Source: Bacteroidota bacterium
Lineage (GTDB): Bacteria; Bacteroidota; Bacteroidia; Chitinophagales; BACL12
Reading direction: 5' to 3'
Length of the DNA: 64,000 nucleotides
Assembly: GCA_029571985.1 (NCBI GenBank)
Contig: JAKQVC010000147.1
Location: 13,446-77,445 of the forward strand
The notes below the pieces were generated by a model. The model was not told the DNA's origin. It searched no databases and saw only the letters and a program-made list of their open reading frames with translations. This document shows, one piece after another, positions 10,036 through 18,655 of the stretch (position 1 is the first letter of the stretch; the number at the start of each line of letters is the position of its first letter). The position numbers were made by a program, and so were the translations under genes.

Positions 10036-10805
10036 TGCCCATTATGATTGATACACACGCACATATCTATTTACCTGAATTTGAAGCGGATCTTGAGGCT
10101 ATTATGCATCGGGCGCTACAGGAGGGAGTGCAAAAAATTTACCTACCCAATATTGATACTGCGTCCATACCTTCCATGCTGGCGCTGACTCAACAATATC
10201 CTGAAATATGCAAGCCAATGATGGGATTGCACCCATGTTCTGTTCAGGATGATTGGTCAACCGTTCTTGACGATATGGAAGCGCTTATCGAAAAAAATCG
10301 GCCACTGTATTCCGGAATTGGTGAGTGTGGTTTGGATTATTATTGGGATAAGTCGCACATTGCCGAACAGAAAGCAGCTTTCGAACGTCAGATTCTGTTG
10401 GCGAAAAAATATCAACTGCCATTAATTATTCATTCCAGAGATGCGATGGATGATTGCCTAGCATTAGTTGAAAAACACCGTGGTGATGATTTGCGCGGTA
10501 TTTTCCATTGCTTCAGCGGGACCAGGGAGCAGCTGGATAAAGTCATCTCTCTGCATTTTAAAGCTGGCATTGGTGGTGTGGTAACTTTTAAAAATGGAGG
10601 ACTTGACAAGGTGCTCCAATACACCGATTTACCCCATCTGGTTCTGGAAACAGATGCACCCTATTTAGCGCCTGTTCCATTCAGAGGTAAACGCAACGAA
10701 CCAGCCTATCTCCGATATGTAGTTGACAAATTAAGTGAGCTGCTGCAATGTGGTTCCGCCGAAGTCATGCAGGTTACCACGGATAACGCACGTCAGGTTT
10801 TTTAA
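10035..10805 (+). CDS. tatD: TatD family metal-dependent hydrolase
   Basis: MIDTHAHI N-terminus, GECGLDY, IIHSRDA and LETDAPYL motifs. TAATG overlap with the upstream stop; an alternative ATG is at 10044. Confidence 0.9.
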   Translation: MPIMIDTHAHIYLPEFEADLEAIMHRALQEGVQKIYLPNIDTASIPSMLALTQQYPEICKPMMGLHPCSVQDDWSTVLDDMEALIEKNRPLYSGIGECGLDYYWDKSHIAEQKAAFERQILLAKKYQLPLIIHSRDAMDDCLALVEKHRGDDLRGIFHCFSGTREQLDKVISLHFKAGIGGVVTFKNGGLDKVLQYTDLPHLVLETDAPYLAPVPFRGKRNEPAYLRYVVDKLSELLQCGSAEVMQVTTDNARQVF

Positions 10806-10982
10806 TTTTTTGTGGGTGGAAGGCAAATGTATGGCAGGTATAAACATATACTCTCTCCATTATCTGTTAACTGTTGAGTACATTTTTTGCCTTTATACTT
10901 CGAGTACGCTGTTGTGAATAAAATTCGACTGAATGCTGCGCAGGTCTTTTTTAATAATTACTTAGTAAAGAAATCAAAAAAA

Positions 10983-11017
10983 ATACTGCTAAAGAAATTG
11001 TATTTCTCAAGCAGTAT
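10983..11017 (-). terminator. terminator-like hairpin, copy 1 of 3 (orphan copy)
   Basis: ATACTGCT-19 nt-AGCAGTAT preceded by an A8 run (a T-run on the minus strand). Near-identical to the copies at 11471 and 11628. Confidence 0.45.
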
Positions 11018-11061
11018 TTTAAGATTGCAACCTACGGGGTATATCAAAATTATTTTGGTTT

Positions 11062-11182
11062 GATACGGGATTATTGACATGATCCCTGAGATGGGGTGCT
11101 TCAACAAATTATCCTACAGCCAGTTCGCTGTGCTCACCTGTATTTTTTATTAAACCCAACTTGTCCAAGCGAGCTTGTCTAA
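11062..11182. repeat. direct repeat element, copy a (~120 bp)
   Basis: GGGATTATTGACATGATCCC hairpin, ...CAACAAATTATCCTACAGCCAGTTCGCT..., CTTGTCCAA-gcgag-CTTGTCTAA. Near-identical to 11205-11332 with only a few mismatches. Confidence 0.8.
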
Positions 11183-11204
11183 TTTATACTTAAGAGAGAG
11201 TATG

Positions 11205-11332
11205 TGATACGAATTGGGATTGTTAACATGATCCCTGAAATGGGGTGCTTCAACAAATTATCCTACAGCCAGTTCGCTATGCTCACCTGTATTTTTTATT
11301 TAACCCAACTTGTCCAAGCGAGCTTGTCCAAA
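11205..11332. repeat. direct repeat element, copy b, continuing into a long inverted repeat (11333-11380)
   Basis: Same sequence as copy a. CAACAAATTATCCTACAGCC...CTGTATTTTTTATTTAACCCAA pairs with TTGGGTTAAATAAAAAATACAG...GGCTGTATGATAATTTGTTG at 11333-11380. Confidence 0.8.
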
Positions 11333-11380
11333 TTGGGTTAAATAAAAAATACAGCCTGCGGTAGGCTGTATGATAATTTG

Positions 11381-11446
11381 TTGGCGGAGAGAGAGGGATT
11401 CCCTGCCCTCCTGCGTCGTGCAGGCGGGGAACCCAATCGATACCCT
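11381..11446 (-). pseudogene. truncated tRNA-Ser 3' fragment (copy P1) with a 27-nt insertion in the T-loop
   Basis: Shares the acceptor 3' strand, the T-arm and the distal variable arm (TGGCGGAGAGAGAGGGATTC...GAACCC..TCGATACCCTT) with the intact tRNA. It lacks the 5' half. CCTGCCCTCCTGCGTCGTGCAGGCGGG is inserted between TTC and GAA of the T-loop. Confidence 0.7.
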
Positions 11447-11470
11447 TTTTTAAGAAATCTATTTAAAAAA

Positions 11471-11505
11471 ATACTGCTAAAGAAATTGTATTTCTCAAGC
11501 AGTAT
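11471..11505 (-). terminator. terminator-like hairpin, copy 2 of 3
   Basis: ATACTGCT...AGCAGTAT preceded by an A7 run. It lies downstream (minus strand) of fragment P2. Confidence 0.5.
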
Positions 11506-11542
11506 TTTTGAATTGCAACCTACGGTTGCAAAACATTATTTG

Positions 11543-11608
11543 TTGGCGGAGAGAGAGGGATTCCCTGCCCTCCTGCGTCGCGCAGGCGGGGAACCCAATC
11601 GATACCCT
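11543..11608 (-). pseudogene. truncated tRNA-Ser 3' fragment (copy P2) with the same T-loop insertion
   Basis: Identical to P1 except for one base in the loop of the inserted hairpin (GTCGCGCAGG versus GTCGTGCAGG). Confidence 0.7.
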
Positions 11609-11627
11609 TTTAAAGAAATCAAAAAAA

Positions 11628-11663
11628 ATACTGCTAAAGAAATTGCACTTTCTCTAGCAGTAT
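11628..11663 (-). terminator. rho-independent terminator of tRNA-Ser (hairpin copy 3 of 3)
   Basis: ATACTGCT...AGCAGTAT preceded by an A8 run, about 40 nt downstream of the tRNA 3' end. It follows a TTGCAACCTATGGTTGCAA hairpin at 11671-11689. Confidence 0.6.
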
Positions 11664-11701
11664 TTAAAGATTGCAACCTATGGTTGCAAAACATTATTTG
11701 T

Positions 11702-11792
11702 TGGCGGAGAGAGAGGGATTCGAACCCTCGATACCCTTTAGGGGTATACACACTTTCCAGGCGTGCTCCTTCAACCACTCGGACATCTCTCC
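11702..11792 (-). tRNA. tRNA-Ser (anticodon GGA), CCA encoded
   Basis: Reverse complement is GGAGAGATGTCCGAGTGGTTGAAGGAGCACGCCTGGAAAGTGTGTATACCCCTAAAGGGTATCGAGGGTTCGAATCCCTCTCTCTCCGCCA. It folds by hand into a class II cloverleaf: acceptor GGAGAGA/TCTCTCC, anticodon stem CACGC/GTGTG, loop CTGGAAA, long variable arm, T-arm GAGGG-TTCGAAT-CCCTC. Confidence 0.95.
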
Positions 11793-11847
11793 GGTTGAGG
11801 GGAGTGCAAAGGTAAGGTTTAGGCGGGGCTTTCGCAATATGTTTGGA

Positions 11848-13131
11848 TTAATTGCGGGGTGTGATGCCGTATTTGAGTTGGTATTTGCGCTCTTGCTCGT
11901 CTTGCCAGTTTTCCGGTTTTATGCGCTCTCCCTCGATAAAAATATAGCTGAGTTGATTCGTGCGCATATCCAACGCATCTCCCTCGCTGATAAATAAGGT
12001 GGCGCTTTTGCCGGTTGTAAGGGTTCCAAAACGATTGTCGATACCTGCAATTTTTGCATTATTGAGTGTTACCATGCGCAAGGCATCCTCTTTATTCATA
12101 CCATAAGGCACAACTGCTCCTGCCTGAAAAGGTAAATTACGCAAATTCCAATAACTCGCATCTTCGTTGTTAATGGTTAGTCCGCATACAATACCTGCCT
12201 TCTGTAACAAAATAGGTAATGTATAAGGTAAATCAATAGGGTCGCCATCAAATGCGGGTAATTCATGTGTGCATTCTAATAATACCGGAATCTGGTGTTG
12301 TTTGAGCAAATCTAAAACCTGATACGATTGTCTGCCGCCAACAATTACAATCTGTAATCCAAATGTCTGGGCAAAATCAACCGCACCAATAATTCCCTTG
12401 GCAGCATTCGTTTGAATGTAAAGTTTTTGTTCTGTATTTAACACTTTATGCATCGCCTCAAACCGAAGATTTTTTTCGGTGTGATTTTGTATGGCACAGT
12501 ATGCCTTAGCTTCTGCAAAAAAAGCTTTGATTTCTTCCACTTCTTTTGTGTAATCCGGATTAATCGAATACGTGCCAGTTCCCCAATTGTATCTGTAAAC
12601 ATCCGGCCAGTGCATATGCATATTACCATCTGTGGCAACTACTGCATCTTCCCAATTCCAACCGGATAATTTCATCACACTGCTTTGACCGCTGATGATA
12701 CCACCATTTGGCACCGGTTGTGCTAATAACACACCATTAGATCGTACGGTTGGAATTACCTTTGAATCTGTATTATAGGCAATCAACGATCGGATGTTCG
12801 GATTGAACACGCCCACTTCATAAATATCATTTGTTGCTCTTACTGCACTGATTTCTTTTAAACCGAGTTCAGATGTTAGTCCGATTAATCCGGGGTAAAC
12901 ATGCTTTCCTGTCGCATCAATAATTGAAGCAGTATTTGCATCATAACTGGTTTCTTTCATAGGTCCGGCATATTCAATAATCTGATTATGCACAATGAGT
13001 AATCCATTTTCAATAATGGTTCCATCTCCAATATGTAATGTGCCTCCTGTAATGACATACGGCACTTGCTGCGCATGCATTTGTGGTATTGAGAAACATA
13101 TGATGAAACAGGTTAATATGAGGTTTCGCAT
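11848..13131 (-). CDS. amidohydrolase family protein, exported
   Basis: 427 aa with a signal peptide (FSIPQMHAQQ). GGTLHIGDG...IIDATGKHVYPGLI N-terminal beta-sandwich signature and a C-terminal ATLFISEGDALD motif typical of amidohydrolase superfamily members. Confidence 0.65.
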   Translation of the reverse strand: MRNLILTCFIICFSIPQMHAQQVPYVITGGTLHIGDGTIIENGLLIVHNQIIEYAGPMKETSYDANTASIIDATGKHVYPGLIGLTSELGLKEISAVRATNDIYEVGVFNPNIRSLIAYNTDSKVIPTVRSNGVLLAQPVPNGGIISGQSSVMKLSGWNWEDAVVATDGNMHMHWPDVYRYNWGTGTYSINPDYTKEVEEIKAFFAEAKAYCAIQNHTEKNLRFEAMHKVLNTEQKLYIQTNAAKGIIGAVDFAQTFGLQIVIVGGRQSYQVLDLLKQHQIPVLLECTHELPAFDGDPIDLPYTLPILLQKAGIVCGLTINNEDASYWNLRNLPFQAGAVVPYGMNKEDALRMVTLNNAKIAGIDNRFGTLTTGKSATLFISEGDALDMRTNQLSYIFIEGERIKPENWQDEQERKYQLKYGITPRN

Positions 13132-13154
13132 AGCTGTAGTCTGTCAATTAATAA

Positions 13155-16109
13155 TTATTCTCCTTTAACAAAATCACCCACGTCTTCACAATCATACTCA
13201 CGTTTAGGTGTGGTGCTCACGGGTATGGTAACTGCGCCATTTACTTTATCGGCCATCATTTTTTTAATGATGCGGTCACGTTCGATAGCGTCTGCTTCCA
13301 ATAGAGCTGATTGCTGACTGCGATCAAAATAGATGCGACCATCAATAATGGTTTTTTCGGCCATGGCGTAAATGCTTAATGGGTTATCGCTCCACAAAAC
13401 AATATCAGCATCTTTCCCTTCCTTAATACTTCCGGTTCTATCATCAATATGCAATAATTTTGCAGGATTCAGGGTTACCATTTTTAAAGCTTCCTCTTCT
13501 GAAATGCCAGAATATTTAATCGTTTTGGCAGCCTCCTGGTTTAACCTTCTGGCCATCTCTGCATCATCTGAATTTAAGGCGGTTATTACGCCGGCATCAT
13601 GCAATAAACCTGCATTTTGCGGTATGGCATCATACACCTCAAATTTATATGCCCACCAGTCGCTGAAACTCGATGCGCCGGCGCCATGCATTTTCATTTT
13701 ATCGGCAACTTTATAGCCTTCTAATATATGTGTAAAGGTGTTTACCGTAAATCCAAAAGTATCGGCAAGATTCATGAGCATATTAATCTCACTTTGCACA
13801 TAACTATGACAGGTGATAAATCGCTTGCCTTCCAGAATTTCAGCAATTGCTTCTAATTCTAAATCGGTGCGAACCAGATTTTTAGGATCTTTTTTTGCCA
13901 ACGCGTATTCTTGAGCACGGGTGAAAATATCAGCATATACCTGCTCCACACCCATGCGTGTTTGCGGGAATCGAATAACACTTTCGTCGCCCCAGTTACT
14001 TTGTTTTACATTTTCACCTAAAGCAAATTTGATAAAGCCCGGCCATCCTTCAAATTTCATTTCTTCAGGTGTCAGCCCCCAACGTAATTTTATAAGTTGT
14101 GTTTGTCCGCCAACCGGATTGGCTGATCCATGTAAAATATGGGCAGTTGTTACCCCACCGCTCAACTGGCGATAAATATTAATATCATCACAATCAATTA
14201 CATCGCCCATCCGCACCTCGGCACTGCTGCTTTGTGTGCCTTCATTAACACCATCCGTTACGGCAATGTGTGAATGCTCGTCAATAATCCCTGCCGTTAC
14301 ATGTTTGCCGGTACCATCAATGACCAAGGCGTTTTTTGCAGATATATTTTTACCCACCTGCAAAATTTTACCATTGCCAATCAATACATCCGTATTTTTC
14401 AATACACCGGCTTTTTCGTTTGTCCAGACTGTTGCATTCGTAATCAGAATATTTTGTTGTTGCGGTGGAGTAGTCCAGCCAAACGAACTAAATGGATACA
14501 CCACTTCGCCAATATGTATGCTGTCGGTAGTTGCCTGAGCTGGTTTTTCCATATACACATTCGCGAAGGTGGCCGACCACTCAATCCAGTTTTCATTCAT
14601 CTGGCCGCGACCGGCAAAATTTTTATCAGATTTCCATCCACTTAATCGATACAACATGGCATTGTCTGTGAATTGCAATGAGATTCCCTGATCAGTTATT
14701 GAGCCATTGGCTGATAATGTATCCGTGTTTTTTAAGATCTGAAATACAGGTGCTGCAGCAGAACCTTTAATAAGCAAGCCATATGTACTATTGCCAACCT
14801 GTAAGGCATATAATCCTCTGTGCTCTTCGGGTGCATTTTTTAATATGTAGCGATGGCCATCTACCCAATTTTCATATAGCACCGTTTCTTTATTAAATAA
14901 ATTGCCGGAAGTAATCAAAAAATTTGCAATTCTACCTTTTTGAAGCGAACCGGCTTGATTTTGAATACCTAAAATACCGGCAGGTGTTATCGTTAATGCT
15001 GCCAGTGCTTCTTTTTCTGATAATCCATACTGCACAGCTTTGCGCACTGCCGGCAGGTACTGCGATTTATCCTCCAGTCCATTAGAAGTAAAGCAAAACC
15101 GAATATGTGCATCCGCCAGGTAAGCGGCATTTGCCGGCGCCATTTCCCATTCCTTTAAATCAGCAAGTGGAAGTAATTGCGCGTCATATGGGTCTGTTAT
15201 GTCCGGTGTTTTTGGATAGTTAACCGGTATGATGAGTGAAGCACCTGTTGCAGCAATTTCCTGAACACGTTGATACTCATTACCACTGCCCTTTATAACA
15301 AATGGAATATTGAATTCATTGCCGATTTGATCAGCACGCAAAACTTCCAGTTTGTCTTTCGCGTCGAAAATGGGAATCAATTGCCTGCCCGATACAATAG
15401 CCTCAAGTGAAATATTTGTTTCTTCTGCAGAACCTCCTTTTGCATACCAATCAGCATCATATAAAGTTTGTCGAATAAGCGCAATGCTGCCCATTTGTGA
15501 ACTTGGATAATCCTGAGTGCTACTGCCTTTGCGCAAAGCATAATGTGTGCTCACCCGCTCTGATAATATTGCATCACGTGCCGGTAAATCATGCACAAAA
15601 ACCAACGCACCGGTTCCGCGCATTATACCATCATGCCGATGTGTGAGTACGAGCCCTATCCCCGATTGTCGAAATTGTTTAGCCTGTTCATCATCAGGTG
15701 AAAATTGTGTATATGCCTGAAATTCTGGTGTAATCGCCTGATTCCAGGAAACCGCCTGCTCATTATTATTTAATAATTGTGGCCCTTTTTGCGAAGGGTT
15801 TTCCTTTTTGGGCAATCCATAATCTGCATCTGCATCAATAAACGACGGATACACATATTTGCCCTGCAAATCCACAACTACAGCGTCTGCCGGAATGGTA
15901 GCATTAGTGCCTACACTCACAATTATACCATCCCGAATAACCATCGTAGCATCGGTATAAGTGGTGGATGTATCCACTACTATGGTAGCATGTGTAAAGG
16001 CGTATGCACCTGATCGTTCATCAAAAACACCATTCTCAGGCCAGGTGCTTTGGGCTGATAATGGCAGCGTTGCGCAGAAAACTGCGACTGCACACAAAAA
16101 TTGCTTCAT
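13155..16109 (-). CDS. large amidohydrolase family protein (two amidohydrolase-like modules), exported
   Basis: 984 aa with a signal peptide. VIDGTGKHVTAGIIDEHSHIAV (HxH metal motif), ALNSDD, and a GKDADIVLW C-terminal motif. The N-terminal half repeats the fold signature (VVDLQGKYVYPSFID). Confidence 0.7.
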   Translation of the reverse strand: MKQFLCAVAVFCATLPLSAQSTWPENGVFDERSGAYAFTHATIVVDTSTTYTDATMVIRDGIIVSVGTNATIPADAVVVDLQGKYVYPSFIDADADYGLPKKENPSQKGPQLLNNNEQAVSWNQAITPEFQAYTQFSPDDEQAKQFRQSGIGLVLTHRHDGIMRGTGALVFVHDLPARDAILSERVSTHYALRKGSSTQDYPSSQMGSIALIRQTLYDADWYAKGGSAEETNISLEAIVSGRQLIPIFDAKDKLEVLRADQIGNEFNIPFVIKGSGNEYQRVQEIAATGASLIIPVNYPKTPDITDPYDAQLLPLADLKEWEMAPANAAYLADAHIRFCFTSNGLEDKSQYLPAVRKAVQYGLSEKEALAALTITPAGILGIQNQAGSLQKGRIANFLITSGNLFNKETVLYENWVDGHRYILKNAPEEHRGLYALQVGNSTYGLLIKGSAAAPVFQILKNTDTLSANGSITDQGISLQFTDNAMLYRLSGWKSDKNFAGRGQMNENWIEWSATFANVYMEKPAQATTDSIHIGEVVYPFSSFGWTTPPQQQNILITNATVWTNEKAGVLKNTDVLIGNGKILQVGKNISAKNALVIDGTGKHVTAGIIDEHSHIAVTDGVNEGTQSSSAEVRMGDVIDCDDINIYRQLSGGVTTAHILHGSANPVGGQTQLIKLRWGLTPEEMKFEGWPGFIKFALGENVKQSNWGDESVIRFPQTRMGVEQVYADIFTRAQEYALAKKDPKNLVRTDLELEAIAEILEGKRFITCHSYVQSEINMLMNLADTFGFTVNTFTHILEGYKVADKMKMHGAGASSFSDWWAYKFEVYDAIPQNAGLLHDAGVITALNSDDAEMARRLNQEAAKTIKYSGISEEEALKMVTLNPAKLLHIDDRTGSIKEGKDADIVLWSDNPLSIYAMAEKTIIDGRIYFDRSQQSALLEADAIERDRIIKKMMADKVNGAVTIPVSTTPKREYDCEDVGDFVKGE

Positions 16110-16569
16110 ATAGGTATTGGTATAAGGGTATTTGAGTGGCCCAGTCTGCTAAGATAGTTGAAATGTGACATTTTGTTTACTGGCCTTAAACAAGTTTAAC
16201 ATCTCTTTTGGCTGTTTACCTTAATCTGAATTGAAGGAATATCATTATAGAATCCGGACTTCTGTTAATTATCTTAAGGGCATCTTGTATAACAATTTGG
16301 CAACTACATGGTGATTACTAACTCAAATATAACGGCCTCAAATGAAAAATTAGCAGCCTATCCGACCTTTCATTTGATACTTTCATCTTTATTAACGAGA
16401 TTTATCACTGTATGGTTGTACGAGGTCTTAGAGTGTCCCTTAAAAGTAGTCACACTGGTGTATTTACATCTGCACAATAGATTACCAAAATAGTATTATC
16501 AACTACTCAAAATTTATTAAACAGTAATGTCCATTCATTCCTAACTCACATTTCCAAATATACTTGCAT

Positions 16570-18219
16570 ATGAAATCTAATACTATTGGGTTTAAGCTTA
16601 GCAAATATTATATTTATTCATACTTAAGTATTATTATGAAGGTTGCTAGCGCCCAGCCAAGTATTATTTACCAGCAATGCTATGGTGGAAGTAATGATGA
16701 TTATTTCAACTATGCTGCTCAAACAATCGATGGCGGTGTAATAACTACTATTACCTCAGGCTCTTATGACGGCGATTTAGAAGGTGTTATCAATCCTACA
16801 GGTTGGGTAATAAAATTCAACTCTTCAATTGAGTTAGAGTGGCAAAAATTTTATAATTCAGCCGAATATGAATGTGCTCCAATTAAACCATTGTGCCTTT
16901 CTGATGGCAACTATACTTTTGGAGGGTATGGGCTAGATGGCTGCCGCAATTATAATGGAGGCCTTGATTTATTACTGTTACACACCTCATCTTCAGGTGA
17001 CACCATTTGGACACAGTGTTATGGTAGTGAAACTGATGAAAAATTTACAGATGTGATACAAACCTTAGATGGAGGATACCTTATCCTGGGAACAAGTTAT
17101 GGGTCTGGGGGAGACATTCCAATCCATTATGGCACTACATGTTGTGAAGACGCAATTATACTAAAAACCGACAGCTTGGGACAAATCAATTGGATTAAAG
17201 TTCTAGGGGGTTCACAAAATGATGTACCTATTGCGAATAGTGTTGAAATCAGTCGCGGGTTCTATCAAATTCACATATTTTCATCCTCTAATGATTATGA
17301 TTTATCAGATTGCCCCGTCACCGATCTTAGGAAAAGATGGATACTGACAATAGACAGCAGTGGCAATATTATCAATGAAAATTTCCTATCCGCGGAGACC
17401 GATTTTTTCAATTTCGAGCATTCAATCGTAAAGTATAAGGAGTATACCCTAAGTGCTGGATCCGGTAACGCAGCGTCTACCTCCTTCCCACCGGAAGCAG
17501 GTCATGCGATGGAAGAAGGTTCAATAGCTTTTTTTGATAGCACACTCAATCTGGTGAATATGCTATCTTTCGGTGGAAGTCATGACGATCGATTCTCAAC
17601 AATGAGCATTGATTCAGCCGGAAATTTATATTTTTTCGGATATTCAAGCTCTCTCGATTTTGATGTCCCCGACAATCTAAATGATGGGCTCGCAAATGAT
17701 TATTGGATTATGTCAACTGATAGTAATTTCCAACCATTGTGGAGTCAAAATTTTGGAGGCAATAATTTTGATGGAGATTATTTAAGCGGCCCGGTAGGCA
17801 ACTTAGTAATCATCGATCAAGTAGTATACATATTTACCAGCTGCATAAGTAATGCCTTAATTCCAAACCAGGATATCAACTGCAGTAGATTAGGTGATGG
17901 ATTACCTGAGAATAATTTTAGAGACGCTTGGATTGTTGGCCTCTCAATTCCAACCAATATCGCTAACCTATCCCCAACTCCACCGCATATTACCCTATCA
18001 CCCAATCCAGCTAAAGACCAATGCATTATCTCAGTTGAAGATGGCTCAACCATTGATTTCATTCAGATATTCGACGCTTTGCAGAGACCGGTATTCAGGC
18101 AGCCATTTGTTCAGAACACATCCATATCACTCGCCGGATTGAACGAGGGTATTTATTTTGTGGGCCTTTACAGCAGCACCGGATTAATATGGTGTGAAAA
18201 ATTAATAATAGCTCAATAA
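16570..18219 (+). CDS. SBBP-like beta-propeller repeat protein with T9SS type A CTD
   Basis: Recurrent GG(S)xxDD units (YGGSNDDYF, LGGSQNDVP, FGGSHDDRF, FGGNNFDGD). C-terminus LSPNPAKDQCIISV...GIYFVGL. I chose the ATG at 16570; the track ORF begins at a TTG at 16564. AT-rich codon usage. Confidence 0.6.
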   Translation: MKSNTIGFKLSKYYIYSYLSIIMKVASAQPSIIYQQCYGGSNDDYFNYAAQTIDGGVITTITSGSYDGDLEGVINPTGWVIKFNSSIELEWQKFYNSAEYECAPIKPLCLSDGNYTFGGYGLDGCRNYNGGLDLLLLHTSSSGDTIWTQCYGSETDEKFTDVIQTLDGGYLILGTSYGSGGDIPIHYGTTCCEDAIILKTDSLGQINWIKVLGGSQNDVPIANSVEISRGFYQIHIFSSSNDYDLSDCPVTDLRKRWILTIDSSGNIINENFLSAETDFFNFEHSIVKYKEYTLSAGSGNAASTSFPPEAGHAMEEGSIAFFDSTLNLVNMLSFGGSHDDRFSTMSIDSAGNLYFFGYSSSLDFDVPDNLNDGLANDYWIMSTDSNFQPLWSQNFGGNNFDGDYLSGPVGNLVIIDQVVYIFTSCISNALIPNQDINCSRLGDGLPENNFRDAWIVGLSIPTNIANLSPTPPHITLSPNPAKDQCIISVEDGSTIDFIQIFDALQRPVFRQPFVQNTSISLAGLNEGIYFVGLYSSTGLIWCEKLIIAQ

Positions 18220-18655
18220 AGGTGTTTTGGTCGCCATTAATCAGACAGAATTATTTAATTGGTTTGGCAAATTCAACGCTTCTATTTCACAATCGAATCT
18301 GCAAAGTTGTGCAGTCGCATTGTAACCGTTAAGGTCAGGAACGAGCGATGGATTTAATAATTGATTTGTATCCTACCCATGAACGATGTTTCAATCTGCA
18401 AAATGATTACATAGTGAACTTCTAGTTGAGCTGGAGGCGCGCTGCGGGGTTGTTAATTTTGGTGCCTTTGATTTTTGCGATGGTGTCGGCGAGCCAGTTG
18501 TGCTGTTTTGTGATGTGGACTTTGCAGGGGTCATCTAGGGCGTAAACTAATAATTATTTTGCATGGATGTCATTAAGTAATATTCTGGTCAAAATTGCTT
18601 CGGTATTAAGTTTTAACATCCTATTGTAGATTCGCTGATTATCTTTATACAGTTT

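Noticed and set aside
10975-11700. Possible CRISPR array, because of regularly spaced repeats
   Set aside because: The repeat period is about 150-160 bp. The sequences between the repeats are themselves conserved copies, and the repeats derive from a tRNA 3' end and terminator hairpins. There are no cas genes in the window.
11378-11815. 145-aa plus-strand ORF with an internally repeated peptide (LAEREGFPALLRRAGGEPNRYPF x2)
   Set aside because: It is the translation of the antisense strand of the tRNA-Ser gene and its two truncated copies. The peptide repeat simply mirrors the DNA repeat, and the ORF runs through a bona fide tRNA.
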